From Methanomassiliicoccales archaeon (GTDB lineage: Archaea; Thermoplasmatota; Thermoplasmata; SG8-5): 32,937 bases of DNA. Position 1 is the first letter of the stretch. Every line of letters begins with the position of its first letter. The translations under genes and the position numbers were made by a program. The DNA lies in assembly GCA_030636255.1 (NCBI GenBank), contig DAOVXH010000002.1, positions 1-32,937 of the forward strand, read 5' to 3'. The notes under the pieces were generated by a model. That model ran no database searches. It had not been told where the DNA came from and was given only the letters and a program-made list of their open reading frames with translations. This document shows, piece after piece, positions 1-9,290 of the stretch.

Positions 1-905
1 TAGGTCAAGCACATAATTATCTTCTGTTCAATCAGATTTCTGGCAAGAAAAGGCAGTGCCAGTATGGTGGACTCATCTGCCCAGTGAATATCTTCAAGTA
101 TGAGCAGCAGCCCCTTTTCTGATGCATTGGACTCGAGTATCTCATGTATCCGATTCTGAACCTTCAATCTCTCCACTTCAAGATTTATGTTCTCAAGGGA
201 ACGTTTGACTCGATATTTTTTTTCCACCAGGCCCTCAATAATACCAATTGAGCCGGATAATGAGTCTAAATCTCCATCCCAGTCCATTAGAAGGTCAAAA
301 TAGGTTTCCTCAATATTGTTGAGGCATTTCTTTATATCCTTTTTCATATCTGGATGTTCATCCCCGGAGGTTACAACTGCCAGGTATACAAGGTCGCCGT
401 GCTCAATTGTAATCTTTGTGTTCAGGTATTCAAGCTTTCCCAGACCGCCTTTCTGTTCTTCGGCCTCTCCATCTCCAAATGAATCCTTTACAAAGTCCTG
501 AACTGCAGTTAGCATTGAACCAAGTATATCCTCGTCAATTCCCTCATCTTTTGACCTTGAAATGTGAGAAATCAAGAGACCTATCTTGCTTATCAGAAAC
601 ACTTCATCAAAATAGGCAAAATCTTCCAGGCTGAAAAGAGCATCTTCGGCAATATCGCAAAGTGCCCTTTGAAATCCCTGGTAAGGGATGCCAGCATCCT
701 GAATTGTGCACTCGCCTTTACATATGGGAATTCCTGATTCTGTAGCAATATTATCAAGATAATCCGTCAGCGTGGATTTTCCAATACCTGCCTCTCCATT
801 AATCAGAAGAATCTGGCCCTGGCTCTCAAGAGTTCTTTTGAATGCTTTATCTATTATTTCTCTTTCTGGCTTACGGCCAATCATGTCAATTTGAGGGACT
901 CTCAT
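1..905 (-). CDS. STAND-like AAA_16 / COG3899-type ATPase, 5' part (runs off the window), with an inserted longin/roadblock-like domain
   Basis: Not in the ORF track; translated by hand from ATG at 905 (MRVPQIDMIGRKPEREII...). Shows the 'IGR..E' N-terminal motif, Walker A GEAGIGKS (774-797) and Walker B LLLILEDIHWAD (~76-111). The frame is open to position 1. Confidence 0.85.
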   Translation of the reverse strand, partial: MRVPQIDMIGRKPEREIIDKAFKRTLESQGQILLINGEAGIGKSTLTDYLDNIATESGIPICKGECTIQDAGIPYQGFQRALCDIAEDALFSLEDFAYFDEVFLISKIGLLISHISRSKDEGIDEDILGSMLTAVQDFVKDSFGDGEAEEQKGGLGKLEYLNTKITIEHGDLVYLAVVTSGDEHPDMKKDIKKCLNNIEETYFDLLMDWDGDLDSLSGSIGIIEGLVEKKYRVKRSLENINLEVERLKVQNRIHEILESNASEKGLLLILEDIHWADESTILALPFLARNLIEQKIIMCLT

Positions 906-955
906 CTAACCTAATCAACATGAGCGTGATAGGAATTAATATTTTGGGTATTATC

Positions 956-1726
956 CTACCGAATCTTCCTTCTGGTGATAAGACCAAAACCTACTATCAG
1001 GATAGTTAATCCAACAAGAACAGTCAAAGCAAATATCCAGTCACTTCCGCCTTCTATGTAGAAACGGTCCTCGACAATCATGTCTCCTGCCTCAAGGTCA
1101 ATTACCCCATCGCCATTGAGATCAACTAATATTTTAGAATCATGCCATCCTGGTTCCTTGTCTGTTGCAATCCATTCAGAGGATGTTGTTGTTGTCTGCA
1201 TGGCAGGAATAGAATTGATTAACTGATGGTCTATCTCAACCTCATCTACCAGGAATCGAACCGTAACATTATTCACCATTACATTGGAGGGATTCTTAAT
1301 CTCCGCGCTTATATGGATAGGTGCCACGACAATAATTGGCTGAACCTTTTCATAGTAAAGGGTTCCAGATGTGCAATTTACATGAATGTCAAGTTCTCCT
1401 GCTTTTGACATGCCAGTTATATTGAATGAGAAGGTATAGTTTCCTGGGCTTATTGTTCCATTAACTGCCTCTGGCTCCAGTGGGGATGCGCCGGAAATAT
1501 TGGCTCCATCAACATACACCATGTAGCTCCATTCCCTGTTATCTGGGTCAATAATGGTTCCTGTATAATCTCCGCCACGGAGAGTTCCAATGACGGAAGG
1601 TCCGTTCAACTCAACACGAATACCTGTTGTATTGGTTTGTGCCAGGGCAGGAGGTATAATCTGCATTAACAGCACTGACATCAGTAGAATCGCGACAAAT
1701 GATTTTATAATATTTCTTGAACTCAT
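956..1726 (-). CDS. Secreted, C-terminally anchored Ig-fold (CARDB-like) membrane protein
   Basis: Signal-peptide-like N-terminus ending ALA-Q, CARDB-like segment 'ISAEIKN...NVTVRFLVD...GWHDSKILVD', C-terminal TM followed by RRKIR. ATG at 1726 is preferred because GGTGA lies just upstream, overlapping the aglB stop. Confidence 0.7.
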   Translation of the reverse strand: MSSRNIIKSFVAILLMSVLLMQIIPPALAQTNTTGIRVELNGPSVIGTLRGGDYTGTIIDPDNREWSYMVYVDGANISGASPLEPEAVNGTISPGNYTFSFNITGMSKAGELDIHVNCTSGTLYYEKVQPIIVVAPIHISAEIKNPSNVMVNNVTVRFLVDEVEIDHQLINSIPAMQTTTTSSEWIATDKEPGWHDSKILVDLNGDGVIDLEAGDMIVEDRFYIEGGSDWIFALTVLVGLTILIVGFGLITRRKIR

Positions 1727-1731
1727 TGCAA

Positions 1732-4700
1732 TCACCTTATCCACCTCTTCTTTCTGGCATAGTAGAATAGTCCAAGTGCAACGCTAACTGACATCACCAT
1801 GACTCCAGCATTTGTCATTTCATCACCAGCTGCAATTGTTGAAACTTCTTCACCAATAATGGTCACATTGTCTGTGTATATCTGAAGTTCTGGATATCTC
1901 AGTATTATGTATTGGGATGTTGGTGCTGAGCTGCCACTTTCAGAGTAACCTGTTATAAGCACACTTGCCTGCCTAGATGGGTTTTCTGCAATAGGCGTTA
2001 TGGTGATTGGGATATCTGAAACACCGCCAGAAGCTATGCTGAAGTTGAATAATCTTGTATTGTCGTTGAGAAGTTCTGCTCCATCAACAGCACCAAGTTC
2101 AGCCTTCCATCCATTTGCTGCTAAATCATCTAGATTTCCAATATACAGTGTGACTTTGTCATCACCATTGCCATTATTTTTGGCTGCAAATACAGAGGAT
2201 ATTACATCGTTCATGAATATAGGGGAACTTGCAAGTGGCTCTATTGCCAGGACATATGTTTGCTTGATATCCACATTGATAATCTCACTTGATGAAACGG
2301 TTGGGTCATTCTTTGACACTACCGCCAGATTAATTGCGTTTTGGGAAATCTTAGCGCCTTCTGGAATTGTCGCAGTAATGGAGGCAGTGCTATCCTGGCC
2401 TGCATCAATAGTTACTTCATACTTGTTAAGTTCAAATATCCAATCAGGATTTCCTCCTGTAGCACTGATTGTGTAGGTATCTTGTATATTTCCAAGATTA
2501 CTTATATCAAATTTGTAGGTCACAGTAGAATTGTCTGGCGTCTCCTTCAATTGGCCTATGTCATAGGTTAAATCAACGTTTCGGTCCTCAACCATTGACA
2601 TTGCCAGATTCATTTGATTGCCACTATCGACTATTTCAAAGGTCTTGCTGACATTATAACGAATTGAGACACCATCAACCTTGGCATTTACTGAACTGGA
2701 CACTGCGTAATTTCCTGCAGGCAACCATATTTCATAGAAACCATTCTCATCGGTAGATGTTGGGATTAGGCTTATGTTTGACTGGAATAGGAGTTCAGTA
2801 ATTCCATACTGGTTAAGGCCATAGTAGGCAGTTCCGAATATTCTATATCCCTTTTCCATATCAAAATCTACATTTATTGAATCCAAATCAACTATTAGTA
2901 AATCCAGATAGGTGTTGTGAGAGAACTGGTCATGGATATGTACTGTGTAAACATTTGGTTTCAAGGCAATTTCATAATGGCCAAGTGAATCAGTAATTGT
3001 TGTGAATTCCTCCTCAAGTGAATAGAACACTATTTCAACGCCTGCTGCACCGTTTGATAGGTTACCAGAAATAACCGTGTAATGGTCTTCTCGCTCCAGA
3101 AAAATTGATAGAGAAGAACTGGTATTAGCATTCATGGATTCGTTTGCATAGTAATGGTATGCCTTCATATCATCGCCATCATATGCCACGAAGTCAACTG
3201 CAAGGTCATATAATCCATCTAATTCCAGTACTGCCTCGAATGTTCCAACCTCATCAGTTTTCACGATTATTGAGCCATTACTGTTCTGATCATTAAAGAT
3301 TATAACTTGTGAAGGCATTGCTTCTGTGCCATACACAATATCTCCTCTAAGCACTCTTGCATCTCTGATTTCTACAGAAATGCTGCTTGAGTTTTCAGAC
3401 ACAATAACATCGTTCATACCAACAAAGATTGTACTATTATCTGCATATGATGCTTTTACCACATAGCTGCCTGGCATGATATAGAAATTTCCTGAACCAT
3501 TGTTCACATAATATCTTCTATATTCTGGACCATTCTCAAAAGTTATATTTGAATTCAGAGGGTAATCGCTAATAACAGAGATATCAAAGTTCTGTCTAAT
3601 CTTTGCGTTTAGATCAAGTTCTATTGACCTTCCATCATAAACACCAGTAGAAAATTCATAATTATCGTCTATCTGGTAAACTAGCGAATCATTATTCTGA
3701 GATATATTCTGTATGAAATAAACTGAATACTGGCCAGGACCAAGTTCTCCACTATAGTTTCCATCCCTTCCTACCTGAATCTCTTTGTAATTTGATTCAT
3801 TGGTTGTTGATTGGAATTTGAGAATTATATTCTGATTCTCGAGTGGTGTGTCATCAAGAGATAGAGTTCCAACGATTGGCAATTTTACTGGAACCATACT
3901 CTTGAATATGCCATCTGACAGTTCGTCAGCCATGAATGTACCCAGTTCAATCAGTTCAAATCCTAACTTGCTTATCATTACTTGATACTGAACATCTGGC
4001 TTTAGATTTATGGAAAAGGTTCCATTAGTATCTGTGATTGCCCCTTCAAATTCACCTGATGGTTCTTTGAAAATAACACTTGCATACTCAAGTCCAATGC
4101 CATCCCAAGAGATAGCACCCGAGACTGGTGTGCCTGCCAGAACTGTAATGTCCATATTATATGAGGCAGTAGTGAAATCCTGAGTCTTGTAGAACACATA
4201 GTTGTTAGAAGATATCTGGATGACATACTCTCCCTTTGGAATATTCACTGTATAATCACCCTGTGCATTAGAGTATACCATCATTGAATATCCATTGGCA
4301 ACTTCCTCTATGTAAATTGGCAAGCTGCCTGCAGAAGCACCATATTGATTTGATATGTGTCCATTAAGCATTGTTCCATGCTGGAGATAGATCTCAGCCC
4401 GGGCATCCCCATCAACTATCAATTTTGTGTTTACTGCATATGTTGAAGAACTAATAGTGCATTCAGAATATAGATTGTATATATCATTTTCAATCCAGGC
4501 AGAGTAATTACCAAATTCATCTGTTGTCAATATAAAGTCAGTATATCCAGTTAACCTCATTTTTCCATTTGGAACTGGTGTGTCATCAGGGAGCCTTAAT
4601 GTTCCAGATAGGTATGATGATTCGAACAATATGTAATCATTTGTATTGTTCTCTCCCGGGACAACCTCTACGCTCTGCAAATTACTGGCATATCCCTCAA

Positions 4701-7700
4701 CATAGGCCTGTGTTGTGAAGAGGCCTTGAATTATATTTTCAAATGTATAGTTGCCAAATTCATCAGTCTGGACTGAGAAATATATCTCCTCACTTGGTGA
4801 AAATAGGTTCACATTCGCGAAATCAACCGGGGTGCCATCAATAAATGTTACTGTCCCGCTCATGGAAACTGAGGGGACAATAAACTGATCTGTGTTAACT
4901 TGACCACTTGTGATTATTATACTTACGGTTGTCAAGCTGGTTCCAGCCACAGATAATGTTGCAGAATATCCGCCAGGTGGAAGTGAGCTGATATTGAAAA
5001 TCCCTCTATCATCTGATGTAGATATTATATCAAAATCAATGCTGTTATGATTCATGTGTATTTCCACATCAGGTAGTAACTGATCTGTTTCATCAGTAAA
5101 GGCTTCATCACCATCTATGTCCCAATAAGATATACCAGCAAAGTCTCCACTATTGATTATTATGTCCTGGTCAATGAGATAATCTGGCTTTCCATTATTG
5201 TCCCTATCTTCATCTTCTCTCATTGCCTGGTAGTCTTCGATATGCATTGAAGTTAAGTTCAACTCAGAACCTATAAGGCTCATTGGATCCATTGGGCCAA
5301 TGGAAGTTGTAAGAGTTATGTCACCATATGGTACAATAATAGAATAACTTCCATTCTCATCGGTAACAACTCTCTGATGAGGTATGCTGAAATCATCTGT
5401 TACTGTAATTGCGATGCCACCAAGGGGTGTACCGTCTTCCATGGTTACCTTGCCGCTTATTATGGCACCATCATAGTATTTCAACATCATTACGCCCTGA
5501 TAAAGGCTGGAACGGTCGCTAAGGTCAGAAATACCATCACCGGTCATTTGCCTTTCATATGCATCCCAGAAGTTCATTGCCTGCCATGCATCCGTGTGAT
5601 TTTGAATTTCTTCTGCTCCATATGGATTCCAGTAGGCTGTTCTGTGTTCAAGTTTGAAATGGGTCATATTCCAACCAGGCATTATTGCTTCAGTGGCCAT
5701 TGATTCAGTCAGACCTGGAATTCCTGCGTCCTCACCCCGGCCAACATCTTCTCCACTGTAGCCAATGAAACATTTGTATAGCATTGAATTGTAGAACATA
5801 TCATTATAGATAATCTTGTAGGGATTTTCTTGATCAAGTTGGACATCCATTGGTATATCATCCAAATCATATTCACCACCAAATTCTCCAATTGCCTTGA
5901 TTTCCCAGAAATCATATGGCTGATTGCCAATATCATCTATCCTGTGGTCAGAAAGTTTTGCTGGAGCATAGAAGATTCCAGTATTGTCTGCGGAGAATGG
6001 GAAAAGACGACTGTCAATTCCAAAGTATCTAATCGAGTTACCAGTAAATTCACAAAGATCATTGTAAAGGTTTACAACACCCTCTTCGTCAAGTTCATTG
6101 GTTATCAATACCCTTAGCAAGATATAACGGGCATTCTTCTCCTGAATTATATCATCTCTTGGGCCGTATATCTCAGGATGTGCTAATATGTCATCAACAT
6201 AATCTCCAGGGTTCTCAAGATAATCATTCAGAACATTAACATCAATACCATATGATTGCATCATGCTCTCAATTTCTATGTCTAAATGATTCTCTACACC
6301 CTCGTAATTTCTTCTCCAGTTTCCTTCAAGGATTCTGGCACAGAGCAATGATATGGCATCTGCCTCACTCTGGCTCATTATGAAATTACCAGCTAGTTGG
6401 TGACCTCCAAGGAAATTATCTGCAACTGTAGGGTGGTCCCCCTCATTGACTACCTCAAACCCGTAATCCCACCAGCTCAGGAACGCAGGACGTTCGGAGG
6501 CAGGGTAAATTTCAGTGTCTTGAGTGGCAAGCCAATCATAAGCAGCAGGCCAATATCTACTGTTCAGTGGCAGTGAATAACCAAATCCACCAAGGAACCA
6601 GTTTGTACCGTTTATTGGGTCATAATTGGATGGCTGCATGAATATAGGAGCAGACTCATAGATCTCAAGGTCATAATCATTCTTCACTTCGTAAGGAATA
6701 CCTGCATCAAGGCCGCCCCAGACATTTGGCATTATAACGAAGAATGCCAGGAATACAATTCCTGCTGTAAAAGTGAATCTGGTTTTCCGGATGTTCATAT
6801 AAAGAACGAAGTATCCGAATAGTAGAACAAACAGTAAGAATCCGTGGGTGGCACTTGTGAACTCCCAATCAGTATAGAATTCTGAAAGGATGTAGAACAA
6901 TGCGCCTGAGATGGGTATCAATGCGGTTAATAGATTATATGTCCTGTTTGGATTTGTCTCAGCTATAAGGTTCAGCATGTATATTCCAATAATTGCAGCA
7001 AAACCGATTACAAAGACAGGATATGCAGCATTGGATATTAGGAACAATACTAGAGACAATACAACAAGAAGTGCAGTGGAAACCAACATACCCATTTTGA
7101 ACTGTGTGGACATGTGAGCTTGTGCAGATCTTTTCATGTTGTCTGTGAACTTCTTGATATCCATTTTTGTTATGAGCAATGCAATAATCCATCCAGCAGT
7201 TATGGCAAAGGCCGGCCCTGCATTGAACATAAATCTTGCTGCTGTGACTGCCATGTAAATAGATATAGCTGTCCACAAAGTGATAAAGGTGAAATCCGAC
7301 TTCCATGATTTTGGTAGCTGGATGGCAGCCCATGCAATTCCTATGAACGACAACCAGAACGTGAACATTCCGAATGACATTGCCAGATTACTGAATGGAG
7401 GTGCCTGCGCCTCTGCAATTGTCTGATACTGTTTGTTCTGAATGAAATAACCTGCACCACTAGCCACAGTACTAACAAGTGTGTCCAGAAGTGAAGGGGT
7501 AATTACTGCAAGCAGAAGTACCGATATTAGTCCAATACCTATCATACCGGAGAAAACCAGTATCCAAGGGAGCTTTCTTGTTACTATGAGTGCAAGAGCA
7601 AAGGCAGTTGCACCCAGGAACATGTAAAATGGCGTATCGAACCAGCTTGGTACCTGAAGGGACTGGAAGTAATATGGGAACGCAATAAGCAGACCAACTC

Positions 7701-8871
7701 CAACAGCCACAAAATAGATTGCCAGAACTCCGAATGAATCAATATTACGGAATTTATTTATCAATAACTGGATGAGGAAGTAGGCAGTCATAAGAACTAT
7801 GACATATGCATAACCTTTCCATATCAGGGCAACGCCGGCAAGAGATAGGCCAGCCATAACTGCATAGAGAATTGGAACCCTATTAGTCTGAACCAAATCT
7901 TTCACGCCACTAAATATGGCATCTGGTTTGCGCCAGGTGCTAATCCATTCCTTTTGTTCCATTAATTTCAATGCCTTCAAGAAGAAGAAAAAGGTTGTAA
8001 CAATAAAGAACAGAGCCATTGCGTCGTGGTCAGCGTTTGTGAGAACACTTCTTTGAATGTGACCAGGCATAACTGCAAGCAAGAATGCTGCAATCATTCC
8101 GGTTCTCTTACCAAATGCCTCTCTGGCAAGGAAGTATGTTGGGAAGATTGTCAATGCACCCCAGAATGCTGTTGAGAATATGAACACATAGAATGTAGCC
8201 TCATACTGGCCATCTTCGAAGAATGGTGAAAGAGCCAGGCCACCAAGTGTGACTGACCAGTCATAGAGTGGGGGACGTGGGTTCCTTGTACCCAGTGGAT
8301 AATTTAGCATGTCATCCCAGAAATGATGATCCCCAGTATCGGATGCATAATCTATCACAAAGTTGTGATAATACGAGTCAGAACCACCAGATAGTATAAA
8401 CCCATCTTCAGTTGCAGGCACAACACCATAATAAGACCTGACAAATAATGCAAGACAGAATATGAAAACAAGGATTGCCATTACCTTCCAGTTCTTTCCA
8501 ATCCATGTTCTTGCGAAGGTTGTAAGTGGATTGAAGCCTGGCTTCTTTGTTTCCTTTGGAACATCTTCTTCCTTTCTATCGCGTCTTCTGCTTTGTCTGC
8601 CTGTTTGTGTGGGTGTTGTATCAACTGTTTCGTCCTTGAACTCCAAAGAATCAGACTCATCAATGTTTTCATCTTCGGTCTCAAAGGTCTCTGGTACCTC
8701 TTCAGGAATTTCTTCCTCGGGAGATACTGGCATGGGTACTACTGGTTGCTCAAGAGCTTCCGGGTCAGAGTTTTCTACTTCAATCTGTTCAGTAGGCTGC
8801 TCCGGTTCCGGTTGCGACTCTGCAATCGTTTCCTGGACATCTTCAGAACTATCTTTCTTGAGCCACTTCAT
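1732..8871 (-). CDS. aglB: Giant oligosaccharyltransferase AglB/STT3 with C-terminal carboxypeptidase-regulatory-like and Ig repeats and a C-terminal TM anchor
   Basis: STT3 motifs GSDSYYH, NADHD (DxD), TIAE (TIXE) and WWDYG; polytopic N-terminal half; repeated 'G.V...TD..G.Y' beta-sandwich units; terminal TM plus RKKRWIR. Start is ATG 8871 (GGTGA RBS) or GTG 8880. Confidence 0.93.
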   Translation of the reverse strand: MKWLKKDSSEDVQETIAESQPEPEQPTEQIEVENSDPEALEQPVVPMPVSPEEEIPEEVPETFETEDENIDESDSLEFKDETVDTTPTQTGRQSRRRDRKEEDVPKETKKPGFNPLTTFARTWIGKNWKVMAILVFIFCLALFVRSYYGVVPATEDGFILSGGSDSYYHNFVIDYASDTGDHHFWDDMLNYPLGTRNPRPPLYDWSVTLGGLALSPFFEDGQYEATFYVFIFSTAFWGALTIFPTYFLAREAFGKRTGMIAAFLLAVMPGHIQRSVLTNADHDAMALFFIVTTFFFFLKALKLMEQKEWISTWRKPDAIFSGVKDLVQTNRVPILYAVMAGLSLAGVALIWKGYAYVIVLMTAYFLIQLLINKFRNIDSFGVLAIYFVAVGVGLLIAFPYYFQSLQVPSWFDTPFYMFLGATAFALALIVTRKLPWILVFSGMIGIGLISVLLLAVITPSLLDTLVSTVASGAGYFIQNKQYQTIAEAQAPPFSNLAMSFGMFTFWLSFIGIAWAAIQLPKSWKSDFTFITLWTAISIYMAVTAARFMFNAGPAFAITAGWIIALLITKMDIKKFTDNMKRSAQAHMSTQFKMGMLVSTALLVVLSLVLFLISNAAYPVFVIGFAAIIGIYMLNLIAETNPNRTYNLLTALIPISGALFYILSEFYTDWEFTSATHGFLLFVLLFGYFVLYMNIRKTRFTFTAGIVFLAFFVIMPNVWGGLDAGIPYEVKNDYDLEIYESAPIFMQPSNYDPINGTNWFLGGFGYSLPLNSRYWPAAYDWLATQDTEIYPASERPAFLSWWDYGFEVVNEGDHPTVADNFLGGHQLAGNFIMSQSEADAISLLCARILEGNWRRNYEGVENHLDIEIESMMQSYGIDVNVLNDYLENPGDYVDDILAHPEIYGPRDDIIQEKNARYILLRVLITNELDEEGVVNLYNDLCEFTGNSIRYFGIDSRLFPFSADNTGIFYAPAKLSDHRIDDIGNQPYDFWEIKAIGEFGGEYDLDDIPMDVQLDQENPYKIIYNDMFYNSMLYKCFIGYSGEDVGRGEDAGIPGLTESMATEAIMPGWNMTHFKLEHRTAYWNPYGAEEIQNHTDAWQAMNFWDAYERQMTGDGISDLSDRSSLYQGVMMLKYYDGAIISGKVTMEDGTPLGGIAITVTDDFSIPHQRVVTDENGSYSIIVPYGDITLTTSIGPMDPMSLIGSELNLTSMHIEDYQAMREDEDRDNNGKPDYLIDQDIIINSGDFAGISYWDIDGDEAFTDETDQLLPDVEIHMNHNSIDFDIISTSDDRGIFNISSLPPGGYSATLSVAGTSLTTVSIIITSGQVNTDQFIVPSVSMSGTVTFIDGTPVDFANVNLFSPSEEIYFSVQTDEFGNYTFENIIQGLFTTQAYVEGYASNLQSVEVVPGENNTNDYILFESSYLSGTLRLPDDTPVPNGKMRLTGYTDFILTTDEFGNYSAWIENDIYNLYSECTISSSTYAVNTKLIVDGDARAEIYLQHGTMLNGHISNQYGASAGSLPIYIEEVANGYSMMVYSNAQGDYTVNIPKGEYVIQISSNNYVFYKTQDFTTASYNMDITVLAGTPVSGAISWDGIGLEYASVIFKEPSGEFEGAITDTNGTFSINLKPDVQYQVMISKLGFELIELGTFMADELSDGIFKSMVPVKLPIVGTLSLDDTPLENQNIILKFQSTTNESNYKEIQVGRDGNYSGELGPGQYSVYFIQNISQNNDSLVYQIDDNYEFSTGVYDGRSIELDLNAKIRQNFDISVISDYPLNSNITFENGPEYRRYYVNNGSGNFYIMPGSYVVKASYADNSTIFVGMNDVIVSENSSSISVEIRDARVLRGDIVYGTEAMPSQVIIFNDQNSNGSIIVKTDEVGTFEAVLELDGLYDLAVDFVAYDGDDMKAYHYYANESMNANTSSSLSIFLEREDHYTVISGNLSNGAAGVEIVFYSLEEEFTTITDSLGHYEIALKPNVYTVHIHDQFSHNTYLDLLIVDLDSINVDFDMEKGYRIFGTAYYGLNQYGITELLFQSNISLIPTSTDENGFYEIWLPAGNYAVSSSVNAKVDGVSIRYNVSKTFEIVDSGNQMNLAMSMVEDRNVDLTYDIGQLKETPDNSTVTYKFDISNLGNIQDTYTISATGGNPDWIFELNKYEVTIDAGQDSTASITATIPEGAKISQNAINLAVVSKNDPTVSSSEIINVDIKQTYVLAIEPLASSPIFMNDVISSVFAAKNNGNGDDKVTLYIGNLDDLAANGWKAELGAVDGAELLNDNTRLFNFSIASGGVSDIPITITPIAENPSRQASVLITGYSESGSSAPTSQYIILRYPELQIYTDNVTIIGEEVSTIAAGDEMTNAGVMVMSVSVALGLFYYARKKRWIR

Positions 8872-9007
8872 TCTATTCACCAGTTGTATGATTTGAGTAA
8901 CCTCCCGATAATCTGGTCTTATATATTACTTTGCATATTGTATATAGTATATTATGGGGTATAGCCAGTTATTAAATTATATTCTCTTGAATTAAAATTA
9001 AAAGAAG

Positions 9008-9082
9008 CGGACGCGGAGGGATTCGAACCCTCGATATACAGCTTAGGAGGCTGTCGCCATATCCTAGCTAGGCCACGCGCCC
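9008..9082 (-). tRNA. tRNA-Arg (anticodon CCT), no intron, CCA not encoded
   Basis: Reverse complement GGGCGCGTGGCCTAGCTAGGATATGGCGACAGC-CT-CCT-AA-GCTGTATATCGAGGGTTCGAATCCCTCCGCGTCCG folds as a cloverleaf with a TTCGAAT T-loop. Confidence 0.97.
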
Positions 9083-9119
9083 GAGATGGAACAAGAGTGA
9101 CATCGAGGCGAGGAGGAGA

Positions 9120-9258
9120 ACCATAGGTTTTCCTTCAGGCCACGAAACACATTTGTGTTTCGGTTTTGGTGCAGTACAACGAGGCCAGAGGAATACGTTA
9201 GCAATCCTCGCAGCCGCGAAATGTTCGCATTTCGATATGTTGGCGAATGCAAACTGGT
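9120..9258. ncRNA. Candidate structured RNA or DNA element with two related long hairpins, upstream of tRNA-Arg
   Basis: Perfect stems CGAAACAC/GTGTTTCG (9143-9162) and CGAAATG/CATTTCG (9217-9234), each inside a longer imperfect helix; possible closing stem ACCA/TGGT. No family recognised. Confidence 0.35.
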
Positions 9259-9290
9259 GAATTGGCACAGGGTAATAATATTTTCCCAGC

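Noticed and set aside
9190-9260. HDV-like (theta) ribozyme, suggested by TCCTCGC...GGCGAATG on the + strand next to a tRNA
   Set aside because: I could not build P1, a proper 3-bp P3 or the GG needed for P1.1, and the element lies 5' of the tRNA and antisense to it, whereas theta ribozymes follow tRNA 3' ends.
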